Shown: in pieces, positions 1 to 10,350 of the stretch
How the letters are laid out: every line of letters starts with the position of its first letter
Numbering within the stretch: the stretch's first letter is position 1
Origin: Octopus sinensis
Lineage: Eukaryota
Length of the DNA stretch: 64,000 nt
NCBI RefSeq assembly: GCF_006345805.1
Contig: NC_043024.1
Location: forward strand, 7,378,001-7,442,000
Direction of reading: 5' to 3'
Notes under the pieces: model-generated
What the model saw: only the letters and a program-made list of their open reading frames with translations
Databases searched by the model: none
Told to the model about the DNA's origin: nothing
Position numbers and translations under genes: made by a program

Positions 1-323
1 CTATATTCCTACAAAGTTTGCAGGTGCCGAAGGATTTTAGGCATCTCCAAAGGGCCCCAGGCATTGTCCAAGTATTGCAACTACATAGCAAGACAGGCAA
101 GACGAGAGACCTGAAGACCTGAGAATTTGTCCTGCTCAGAATAGTTCAAGCTAAATTGCATTCTGCTTCCTTCTGGTGACCATCCTGTCTTTTTTCTTTT
201 GTTTATAATGAATCTCTTTACCTTTTTTTAGTTTTTTTTTTTAACTGTTCATGTGACAATGTAGAATTCTTCTTCAGTGAAAATTTTGAAGAAAATGGTA
301 ACATTTGATTTGGAATCACTTAC

Positions 324-378
324 GTTTCGGAGGACATTTCATGGATTTGAGATCAACTCTTGGAATTATGAGTTTTCC
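324..378 (-). CDS. Putative 55-nt coding exon (GKLIIPRVDLKSMKCPPK + 1 nt) of a secreted-protein gene
   Basis: Minus strand: acceptor ttgagattttcAG (AG at 380-379), open frame in phase 0, donor GTAAGT at 323-318; phase matches the upstream exon ending at 4332. Confidence 0.7.
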
Positions 379-403
379 CTGAAAATCTCAAAAGGATATT
401 GCA

Positions 404-624
404 AAACAACAACAACAACAACAACAACAACCACCAATACCACCACCACCACCACCACAACAACAACAACAACAAGTACAACAACAACAAGTACAACAAC
501 AACAACAGCAACAACATCAGCAACAACAACAACAACAACAACAACAACAGCAGCAACAGTAACAGCAGCAACACTACTACTACTACTATTACTACTACTA
601 CTACCACTACTACTGCTGCTGTTG

Positions 625-677
<53 letters not shown>

Positions 678-723
678 ACTACTACTACTACTACAACTAC
701 TACTACTGCTGCTGCTGCTGCTG

Positions 724-759
<36 letters not shown>

Positions 760-778
760 ATAATAATAATAATAAAAT
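404..778. repeat. Compound trinucleotide microsatellite (AAC/ACC/AGC/ACT/GCT/AAT)
   Basis: Directly visible; source of the poly-T/L/N ORFs at 277-979. Confidence 0.97.
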
Positions 779-1049
779 TAATAACTGATTTCCTTTATTG
801 GCCACAAGAGTCCAAGACATTGAGGACAATATCAAAAGACGACTTACAACACACAAAAACAAAACAAAATTAAAATTAAAAAAGCAAAAACATGTATATA
901 TGGGGAGGGTCAGAGTTTTCTTAGGACAAGGTACGACAGCCAGACTATAGTACACCACAGAGGTGATATATGCATTCACTACTTCTGCTCAGGTAACGGA
1001 CAAAAACGGGAAGGCAAAACTTGCCCCATGATAAAAATTGCAGGAAACA

Positions 1050-1985
1050 CAGATACAGAACGACTTTATCTGCCAAGAAAAGAGGGAGGCCGTGGACTTT
1101 TACAACTGGCAATAACAGTGAAGATTGCTACAATTGGCCTAGACACCTACCTGAAAAACTCTGAGGACTGGATGTTAAAACTTGTCTCAAAACATTAAAA
1201 CAAGAAAGCATCATACTCAGTAACAAAACAGGCAAAGGAATATCTAAGTGAATTCCAAATACAACAAATTCCGGAATTAGAGATAAACATACAAGAAACA
1301 GGCACAGAAAAAGCTAAGCGCATGAAAACCCGTGCTAAATCTGCGGCCTTAGATATTCTGAATGATAAATGGCAAGAAAAACCTCTCTATGGCAAATACC
1401 CTCCAGTGCTTGAAAATGATCACATCTCACTCTTCTGGAACTTCACCATTCAAACTGACAGAAAGATAGACGAGAATAGGCCAGACATCATATTGAAAGA
1501 CTTCAGACAAAAATCATGCCTCCTCATTGATATGACTGTCCCAATCGATATGAACATATCTGTCAAGACCTACCAGAAACTGAGCAAATATAAAGATCTT
1601 GAAATAGAAATTAGCAAAATGTGGAACCTGAAGACTAAAACAATGCCTGTTGCCATAGGTGTCCTGGGAATGATAGAAAAAGGGGCTGATTGCTACGTAG
1701 CTCAGATACCAGGAAACCCCAAAATGGTAGAAATTCAAAAGATAGTGCTCATGGGAACTGCTCATATCCTACGCAAAATACTTCCTATGTAATCTCAAGT
1801 TTTAAAACAAACATAATTTTCTTATGGTTTCTTAAACATTCTCTAGAACAACACTATGTACAAAACCAAATATATGGCACACTAGGCATAACACCAACAT
1901 GAACTCCAACTTGTTGTCTCTTGAGGTCTCTGGGTGAGACTTGGAGCCAACTTGTACAAATGTAAAGCAAAAGTCAAACATAAAA
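1050..1985 (+). mobile_element. R4/Dong-like non-LTR retrotransposon, 3' fragment (RT C-terminus, RLE endonuclease, 3' UTR, (TAA)n tail)
   Basis: DTERLYLPRKEGGRGLLQL at about 1050-1110; RLE-type NRPDII...LLIDMTVP...K..KY in ORF 1322-1792; (TAA)n tail from about 1984. Confidence 0.8.
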
Positions 1986-2002
1986 TAATAATAATAATAA
2001 TA

Positions 2003-2090
<88 letters not shown>

Positions 2091-2102
2091 GAAGAAGAAG
2101 AA

Positions 2103-2416
2103 GAATGATAGCAAAAGGGGCTGATTGCTACATAGCTCAGATACCAGGAAACCCCAAAATGGTAGAAATTCAAAAGATAGTGCTCATGGGAACTGCTCAT
2201 ATCCTACGCAAAATACTTCCTATGTAATCTCAAGTTTTAAAACAAACATAATTTTCTTATGGTTTCTTAAACATTCTCTAGAACAACACTATGTACAAAA
2301 CCAATATATGGCACACTAGGCATAACACAACATGAACTCCAACTTGTTGTCTCTTGAGGTCTCTGGGTGAGACTTGGAGCCAACTTGTACAAATGTAAAG
2401 CAAAAGTCAAACATAA

Positions 2417-2447
<31 letters not shown>

Positions 2448-2466
2448 TAATATAATAATAATAATA

Positions 2467-2535
<69 letters not shown>

Positions 2536-2553
2536 GAAGAAGAAGAAGAAGAA
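2103..2553 (+). mobile_element. Second tandem copy of the Dong-like 3' end plus (TAA)n(GAA)n
   Basis: Near-identical to 1667-1983. Confidence 0.9.
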
Positions 2554-2869
2554 GAATGATAACAAAAGGGGCTGATTGCTACATAGCTCAGATACCAGGA
2601 AACCCCAAAATGGTAGAAATTCAAAAGATAGTGCTCATGGGAACTGCTCATATCCTACGCAAAATACTTTCTATGTAATCTCAAGTTTTAAAACAAACAT
2701 GATTTTCTTATTGTTTCTTAAACATTCTCTAGAACAACACTATGTACAAAACCAAATATATGGCACACTAGGCATAACACCAACATGAACTCCAACTTGT
2801 TGTCTCTTGAGGTCTCTGGGTGAGACTTGGAGCCAACTTGTACAAATGTAAAGCAAAAATCAAACATAA

Positions 2870-2910
<41 letters not shown>
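2554..2910 (+). mobile_element. Third tandem copy of the Dong-like 3' end plus (TAA)n
   Basis: Near-identical to 1667-1983 and 2103-2418. Confidence 0.9.
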
Positions 2911-2912
<2 letters not shown>

Positions 2913-3492
2913 GCTCTGATGCAGTACCAGACAGTGGCTCTCATGGCATCTGATCTCAGCTGATTGGAAGTGTTATCACGTACATTGTTTTGTCTTGGTA
3001 TAAAAGATGGGCTACAGCAAATATTCTGCTCAATACCACAGATTTGCTTGTCAGTTGTTTGACCTTAACCAGTTGAGCATGTCCCTTAGTGGGTGAAATT
3101 ATGTGCATCTCTGATCACGAGCAGAAGTAGTGGGGGAGCATCATAGCCATGTGTTGAGAGAGATTCTTTGGGGTTTGAATAGTTCACATCTGGAAATATG
3201 GGTGTTTCGTTCAACATCCTTTAACAATCCTTATTCAGGGACCTTTTGAGCATGATGGGTTACTCGACCAGAAGAAAAAATTCTAACTGGGCCCCACCTG
3301 CAAGGTCATGCGCTGTTTATCTTGATATGAGATCACCATGTCGTGCACATATGGTTGTGATGCATGTGCCTGGTGTACCTTTATCAGACGGGTAGTCATG
3401 ATGGGTATATTGGGCTTCGTATATTTTTACCCCAGTGTCACTTTGATGGCATACACTGCTCTCTCACTCAATAATAATAATAATAATGATAA
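2911..3492 (+). mobile_element. Unclassified (TAA)n-tailed retroposon (probable LINE 3' UTR or SINE)
   Basis: Ends ctctcactc(aat)n; homologous copies at 27108-27590 (-) and 32999-33560 (+). Confidence 0.75.
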
Positions 3493-3712
3493 TGGTTTCA
3501 GATTTTGGCACAAGGCCAGCAGTTTTGAGGAGGGGACAGTAAGTCGATTAGATCGATCCAAGTGTGTAACTGGTACTTATTTTATTGACCCCTATCAGGA
3601 CGAAAGGCAAAGTCGACCTGAGTGGAATTTGAACTCAGAACATAAAGATGAACAAAATGCCACTGAGGAATTTGTCTGGTGTGTCAATGATTCTGCTAGC
3701 TTGCTGCTTTAA
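3493..3712 (-). mobile_element. SINE family B (tRNA-derived; GTCGACTTTGCCTTTCATCC core, Meta-domain-like)
   Basis: Reverse complement of the family-B head and core seen at 35637 and 59366. Confidence 0.75.
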
Positions 3713-3834
3713 TAGATATAATTTTGAAAAATAAAAGCAGTATAATAGACCACATTATTTATGGGATGACCCAATAGTACTAGTTGTAAACAGATTTTAT
3801 AAATGTCGAATAAATAGATAAAACTGTTGACAAG

Positions 3835-4003
3835 TGGAGGAGTGGCTGTGTGTTAAGTAGCTTGCTAACCAACCACATGGTTCCGGGTTTAGTCCCACTG
3901 CGTGGCATCTTGGGCAAGTGTCTTCTGCTATAGCCCTGGGCCGACCAATGCCTTGTGAGTGGATTTGGTAGACGGAAACTGATAGAAGCCTGTCGTATAT
4001 ATG

Positions 4004-4034
<31 letters not shown>

Positions 4035-4295
4035 TATATATATATAATATATATATATATATCTATGTGTATGTGTGTGTGTTTGTGTGTCTGTGTTTGT
4101 CCCCCTAGCATTGCTTGACAACTGATGCTGGTGTGTTTACATCCCCCGTCACTTAGTGGTTCGACAAAAGGGACCGATAGAATAAGTACTGGGCTTGCAA
4201 AGAATAAGTCCCGTGGTCGATTTGCTTGACTAAAGGCGGTGCTCCAGCATGGCCACAGTCAAATGACTGAAACAAGTAAAAGAGTAAAAGAGTAA
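3835..4295 (+). mobile_element. SINE family A (tRNA-derived, internal (TA)n(TG)n, AAAGAGT tail)
   Basis: A-box-like TGGCTGTGTG and B-box-like GGTTTAGTCCC; more than 20 copies in the window. Confidence 0.9.
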
Positions 4296-4331
4296 GTGGC
4301 AAATACGAAGAAATGTAAAAACGTTCCTTAC

Positions 4332-4568
4332 CTTGTTTTCTTGGAGAGCAAGGGTGTAGGAATATGAGGAGCTAAGGAATTTGAAGCACTCTCCTTTATT
4401 CAAAATGAACCCATATGTAACATTATTGGTGTCAGGACTCCAACGTGCTGCAATTGTTTTCGCTTGAACACAGACACACTCACCAGTAAATGCATCAGAA
4501 GGTTTTGCCATGAAAGCCAATACCAGAAGAATTGATGGTAGCAGGAACTGTCTGCTGTTGGTTGTCAT
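4332..4568 (-). CDS. First coding exon (79 aa) of a putative secreted protein: signal peptide plus Cys-containing domain resembling an SH3b-like module
   Basis: MTTNSRQFLLPSILLVLAFMAKPSDA hydrophobic leader, then FTGECVCV...GECFKF; donor AAG|GTAAGG at 4331; branch-like CTAAT followed by an AG-free stretch ending at the AG directly before the ATG; non-repetitive sequence. Confidence 0.75.
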
Positions 4569-4654
4569 CTTGATTTAAACAGACAAACATTTGGAGAATA
4601 GCAATTAGTTAAAGTTCATTATAAGTATACATACACATCAGATGATTGCCTCAT

Positions 4655-4890
4655 CTTATTTCTTATTGCCCACAAGGGGCTAAACATAGAGGGGACAAAC
4701 AAGGACAGATAAAGGGATTAAGTCGATTACATCAACCTCAGTGCGTAACTGGTAATTATTTAATCAACCCTGAAAGGATGAAAGGCAAAGTTGACCTCGG
4801 CGGAATTTGAACTCAGAACGTAACGACAGACGAAATACTGCTAAGCATTTTGCCCGGTGTGCTAACGATTCTGCCAGCTCGCTGCCTTAT
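4655..4890 (-). mobile_element. SINE family B
   Basis: Full head and core on the minus strand. Confidence 0.85.
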
Positions 4891-4939
4891 GATTGCCTCA
4901 TCTTGTCAAATGATAGCCATCTCACATACAGTCAGATTC

Positions 4940-5325
4940 ATCATCATCATTTAACGTCCGCTTTCCATGCTGGCATGGGTTGGACGGTTCAACTGGGGTC
5001 TGGGAAGCCAGAAGGCTGCACCAGGTTCCAGTCTGATTTGGCAGTGGTTCTACGGCTGGATGCCCTTCCTAATGCCAAACACTCCAAGAGTGTAGTGGGT
5101 GCTTTTTACGTGCCACCGGCACAGGTGTCAGACGAGGCTGGCAAACAGCCACCATCAGATGGTGCTTTTTACATGCCACCGGCACAGAGGCCAGGCGAGG
5201 CTGGCAAACGGCCACCATCAGATGGTGCTTTTTACGTGCCACTGGCACAGAGGCCAGTCGGGGCGGCGCCGGCAATGGCCACATTCAGATGGTTCTCTTA
5301 TGTGCCACCGACTTTCATATATGTC
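4940..5325 (-). mobile_element. RTE-like LINE 3' UTR with internal ~60-bp VNTR and (GAT)n tail
   Basis: Same sequence as the 3' UTR linked to the RTE ORF at 50307-50845. Confidence 0.85.
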
Positions 5326-5359
5326 TGCATATGCACAGATATCCATTATCATAGGACTT

Positions 5360-5830
5360 CATAAAATACAAAACAGATCAAAAAGGGAAATGATATTGAG
5401 ATACTTGCTCAAAACTTTCTCCAGTTTTGTGAAGGGTGGGTTTTACAACAGGATAATGACCCTAAGTACATGGCAAAGTCTACCCCAAAATGGATTATCG
5501 ATCACAATATAAAATTATTAGAATGGCCAAGCCAGTCACCTGAATTGAACCTCATTGAAAATTTGTGGCGTTATTTGAAAATTAAAATTCATTCAAGAGC
5601 CCTAATGTGCATTGCAGATTTGAAGAAAATTTGTCAAGAAGAATGGGAAAAAATTCCTAAAGAAACATGCGAGTCATTGATTAAGAACTACAAGAAGAGA
5701 TTGGTTGAAGTGGAACTGAATAATGGTTATGCTACGAAGTATTAAATCAGAATTATCAGTTATTTATGTTCTCTACAAATACTTTCTTCACCCCTAAATA
5801 TTTATAATTGAAAATAAATTCCTTAGTAAC
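5360..5830 (+). mobile_element. Tc1/mariner transposase C-terminal fragment (DD34E-type)
   Basis: QQDNDPKY then WPSQSPELNLIENLW, ending VELNNGYATKY; ORF 5470-5745. Confidence 0.9.
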
Positions 5831-6221
5831 TATAATTTATTAGTTTCTTTTGCATATTCTTAGTTTATACATGTGTTTGCTTACCAACCACATGGTTTCG
5901 GGTTCAGTCCCACTAAGTGCATAATGCACCCTTTATTCCTTCGGAATTAAGAATATGCAGTCTTCGAAACATATGTCGAGAATAAAGGAATTTTGTTAAT
6001 ATCGGAGTTCGACTCCATTCTTTCATTTACTTATAGTTAAAAAAAACACACAAATTTCCAAACCAGAACACGGGGTTTCTGCCCTTGGCATGTAGCTTCA
6101 ACCGTGGTTTCTGATGTGAATTTGCTACCCGGGTATCGGTTAACCGAATTATCCATACTAGGATAATTCATTCACCTACTTATATATATATATATATGTG
6201 TGTGTGTGTGGTGTGTGTGTG

Positions 6222-6545
6222 TGGAGGCGCAATGGCCCAGTGGTTAGGGCAGCGGACTCGCGGTCGGAGGATCGCGGTCAAAGGATCGCGGTTTCGATTC
6301 CCAGACCGGGCGTTGTGAGTGTTTATTGAGCGAAAACACCTAAAGCTCCACGAGGCTCCGGCAGGGGGTGGTGGAAAACCCTGCTGTACCCTTTCGCCAC
6401 AACTTTCTCTCACTCTTTCTTCTGTTGGCCTGCTTGCTTAGCCAGCAGGGTGGCGTCATTTGAAGGCTAAAACAATGCGAAGCGCATTGTGACCAGCGAT
6501 GTGTAGCAACATCTGATAGCCTGGTCGGTCATGGTGATCACAGTG
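6222..6545 (+). mobile_element. SINE family C (tRNA-like head GGAGGCGCAATGGCCCAGTGG)
   Basis: A box TGGCCCAGTGG and B box GGTTTCGATTCCC; several copies in the window. Confidence 0.85.
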
Positions 6546-7116
6546 ATATATATATATATATATATGTATATGATATATATATAGGGTGTGATGGGTAAAC
6601 TGTGTATGTGAGTGGGTGCATGTGTATGTGTGTGTGTGTGTGTGGTGTGTGTGTGTGTGTGTGCGCATGTATATATATATATATGTATGTATAAAGGTAT
6701 GTCTGGACTGCTCCCTACCATCTCCAGGACTTCATCAAAATATGACAAAATAGGAAAATCCCACACAACAAAGCAGGAACAAGTATGAAGAACAAATGCC
6801 ATGAATGAACTACAAAACAAAGAAAAGCAAAGACACTCCCCCCCCCCCACAAACCCCTTACCCCCCACACATATTTATACAAGTCACCTGACCGAGTTTG
6901 CCTCAGGTTTCTTAACATTTAAAATAAATAGACAGGTGCAAGTGCCCCTGTGTCAAATGACAGTATATTTCGCATGTAACATGTTCACTCAACTGTGTCA
7001 GCCTTCATTTTAGGCACAGTGTAGACTGTAAAACCAGTTAAATCTTTAAATATAACAATAAAAATATATTTTAACCATTCTCAGTGCATTCTCAGCTTCT
7101 ATTTTTCATATATATA

Positions 7117-7152
<36 letters not shown>

Positions 7153-7206
7153 TACATAAATATATATATACATATATATACATAAATATATATATTATTC
7201 AAAATG

Positions 7207-7410
7207 TGACCTCGTGTGTACCGTTGGCGATTTTTTTTTACTCTGTCTTCCCTCACTGGATCTTTCCTTCTCCTATGTTTCTGACAAAGAGCTCCACTTG
7301 AAACATTAAACCCTCCTTCTTCCCTTCCTTCCTGAGTGTCCAATAATACTATATTTGTTCCACGCCCTCGCGTTGTTGTGTTTTCTCTTTGTGTTTTCAT
7401 GTTTGGATTA
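7207..7410 (+). mobile_element. Penelope-like element terminal fragment with decayed hammerhead motif
   Basis: Second copy at 11191-11392 (-); inserted in (TA)n; hammerhead-like fold at 7277-7311. Confidence 0.6.
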
Positions 7411-7426
7411 ACTATATATATATATA

Positions 7427-8035
7427 TCATCATCATCATCATCATCATTTAGCGTCCGCTTTCCATGCTAGCATGGGTTGGACGGGTCAACTGGGGTCTG
7501 TGAAGCTGGAAGGCTTCGTCAGACCCAGTCAGATCTGGCAGTGTTTCTACGGCTGGATGCCCTTCCTAATGCCAACCACTCCGCGAGTGTAGTGGGTGTT
7601 TTTTACGTGCCACCTGCACAGGTGCCAGACAGAGCTGGCAAACGGCCACAAACGGATGGTGCTTTTACGTGTCACCGGCATGGGGCCAGGCGATGCTGGC
7701 AACGGACACGAACGGATGGTGTTTTTACGTGCCACCGACATGGGGCCAGACAGAGCTGGCAAACGGCCATGAACGGACGGTGCTTTTATATGTCACCAGC
7801 ACGGGGGCCAGCCGAGGCTGGCAACGAACACGAACGGATGGTGCTTTTACATGCCACCGACACGGGGCCAGACAGAGCTGGCAAACGGCCACGAACGGAC
7901 GGTGCTTTTACGTGTCACCGGCACGGGGGCCAGCCGAGGCTGGCAACGGACACGAACGGACGGTGCTTTTATGTGCAACCGACACGGGGCCAGACAGAGC
8001 TGGCAAACGGCCACGAACGGACGGTGCTTTTACCG
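7427..8035 (-). mobile_element. RTE-like LINE 3' UTR with seven ~60-bp VNTR units
   Basis: (CAT)n on plus, shared RTE 3' end, tandem GGTGCTTTTACGTG units. Confidence 0.85.
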
Positions 8036-8528
8036 TATATATATATATACACACATATTTATATATATATATATAAAATAAAAATAAGCAACAAGGATAT
8101 CCAGAGGTCATGCAGTACGGTCGTTTCATGCAACTCCATTTAAATGGAGAAGGAGATTTGGGAAGAAGAGACTGCAACTGCTGAGGTGGAAATGGAGGAG
8201 TATGCAGTAGTAGAAAGGAAGAGAAAAAACGTGGAGTCTCCACCTAAAATGAAAAGAAAGTTGGAAGAAATTAAGAATGGAAAAAGAAAAAAATGATGTT
8301 CCAATGGAGGAATGATACACAGAGACTGGAGCCTTCAAGTGGTAAGGAGGAAGAAAAACGGAAAAAGAGACTTGAAAGTGAGAAGGGGCAACAAGCAGAG
8401 ATGGAAATATTAGCAACAGAGGTGGAGAGTAAGGTGCTGCAGCCGAGAATGCCACCGGAGGGGAAGCATGAAAGAGTGATGGTTTGTTACCAAAAGAGCA
8501 TGGAAATAGAGAAGAAAATTTCTAAATA

Positions 8529-8930
8529 GGCACAGGAGTGGCTGTGTGGTAAGTAGCTTGCTAACCGACCACATGGTCCCGGGTTCAGTCCCACTGCGTG
8601 GCATCTTGGGCAAGTGTCTTCTGCTATAGCCCTGGGCCGACCAATGCCTTGTGAGTGGATTTAGTAGCAGAAACTGAAAGAAGCCCGTCGTATATATGTA
8701 TATATATATATGCGTGTGTGTGTTTGTGTGTCTGTGTTTGTCCCCCTAGCATTGCTTGACAACCGATGCTGGTGTGTTTACGTCCCCATCACTTAGCGGT
8801 TCGGCAAAAGAGACCGATAGAATAAGTACCTGGCTTACAAAGAATAAGTCCCGGGGTCAATTTGCTCGACTAAATGTGTTGCTCCAGCATGGCCACAGTC
8901 AAATGACTGAAACAAGTAAAAGATTAAAGA
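8529..8930 (+). mobile_element. SINE family A
   Basis: Full-length match to family A. Confidence 0.9.
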
Positions 8931-9179
8931 GAGGGAGTAAATGAAAGGTGTTATAAGAATCAAGCTGGCTGACAAGGAGGAGACCCATAATGAGAAAGTG
9001 GTGTTGCTGGAGGATAAAAGAGCGGGAAAGTTGGGAAAAATATTCGGAGGCAGGATAGAAATAACAGTGCTTCGATTTAGATACAACGAATTGCCATCTG
9101 TGATAGTATTCGATGATTTAATGGAGTTTATGATATGAAATTGCGAAAACGATACAAACTGGAAGAATAAAAATAAATA

Positions 9180-9745
9180 AATGGGCCCTTTTAAAGCCTA
9201 GCCAGGCTCATGGGCCCTGTTTCCCGGTTTCTATGGCGCATGCGTTCCCCAACTGGACGTGACGCCAGTCCATTGCAGCATTACTCAAGAAACAGGAAGA
9301 AAGAGTGAGAGAAAGTTGGGACGAAAGGGTACAACAGGGGTCGTCACCACCCCTGCTGGAGCCTCGTGGAGCTTTTAGATGTTTTCCTTCAACACACAAA
9401 TGCAACGCTCGGTCTGGGAATCGAAACCGCGATCCTCCGACCATGAGTCCGCTGCCCTAATCACTGGGCCATTGCGCCTTCTAATAAATGCGCCCTTTTA
9501 AAGCCTAGCCAGGCTCATGGACCCAGTTTCCCGGTTTCTATGGCATATGTCCCCCCCCCCCAGCTGGACGGGACACCAGTCCATCACAGCGTAACTCATT
9601 TTTGCCAGCTGAGTGAACTGGAGCAATGTGAATTGAAGTGTTTTGCTCAAGAACACAACGCGTCGCCCGGTCCAGGAATCGAAACCACAATCTTACGATC
9701 ATGATGCTGACACCCTAACCACTAAGCCACGTGCCTCCACAAACT
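9180..9745 (-). mobile_element. Adjacent tRNA-derived SINEs (family C, then a related family D)
   Basis: Two reverse-strand tRNA-like heads ending at about 9480 and 9740 with a shared 3' end. Confidence 0.75.
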
Positions 9746-9914
9746 GGAAGAATAAGTAATTATTTTAAAAACAGTAAAATGGAACTTCATATTTGGGGGT
9801 AGGAAAGCCATTACATTCTCATTATTTTCATATTCATATTCATTTGCTATATGTTTTTACGTACCCCAATGTATTGTTTTGTCTGTCCTTGTGGTGTCCC
9901 CTCTTTATAAAGGC

Positions 9915-10350
9915 CATCATCATCATCATCATCATCGTTTAGCGTCCGCTTTCCATGCTAGCATGGGTTGGATGGTTCAACTGGGGTCTGGGAAGCCAGG
10001 AGGCTGCACCAGGCCCCAGTCTGATCTGGCAGTGTTTCTACGGCTGGATGCCCTTCCTAATGCCAATCACTCCAAGAGTGTAGTGGGTGCTTTTTATGTG
10101 CCACCGGCACAGGTGCCAGACGAGGCTGGCAAATGGCCATGATCGGATGATGCTTTTTACATGCCACCGGCACGGGCGGCCAGGCGGTGCTGGCAACGGC
10201 CACGAACGGATGGTGCTTTTTACATGCCATCGGCACAAGGCCAGTTGGGGCAGCGCTGGCAACAGCCAAGTTCGGATGGTCCTCTTACGTGCCACCAGCA
10301 CTGGTATCACAGCTGCAATTTCCATTGATGTTGATCGATTTCGATTCTCA
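9915..10350 (-). mobile_element. RTE-like LINE 3' UTR with VNTR
   Basis: Same family as 4940 and 49778. Confidence 0.85.

Noticed and set aside
277-979. Long ORFs rich in T, L, N or V
   Set aside because: Translations of trinucleotide microsatellites, which lack stops in some frames
3780-4121. Recurrent ORFs such as MSSNARGTNTDTQ... and ...[22 protein letters not shown]
   Set aside because: Chance reading frames of SINE family A repeated across the window
6222-6310. tRNA gene candidates at SINE heads (also 32266, 53545, 57690)
   Set aside because: A and B boxes are present but continue into SINE bodies; no complete cloverleaf could be supported
6860-6960. Possible 5' UTR exon of the secreted-protein gene (minus-strand CAG|GTGACT near 6888)
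   Set aside because: Only a donor-like motif; not enough support without transcripts
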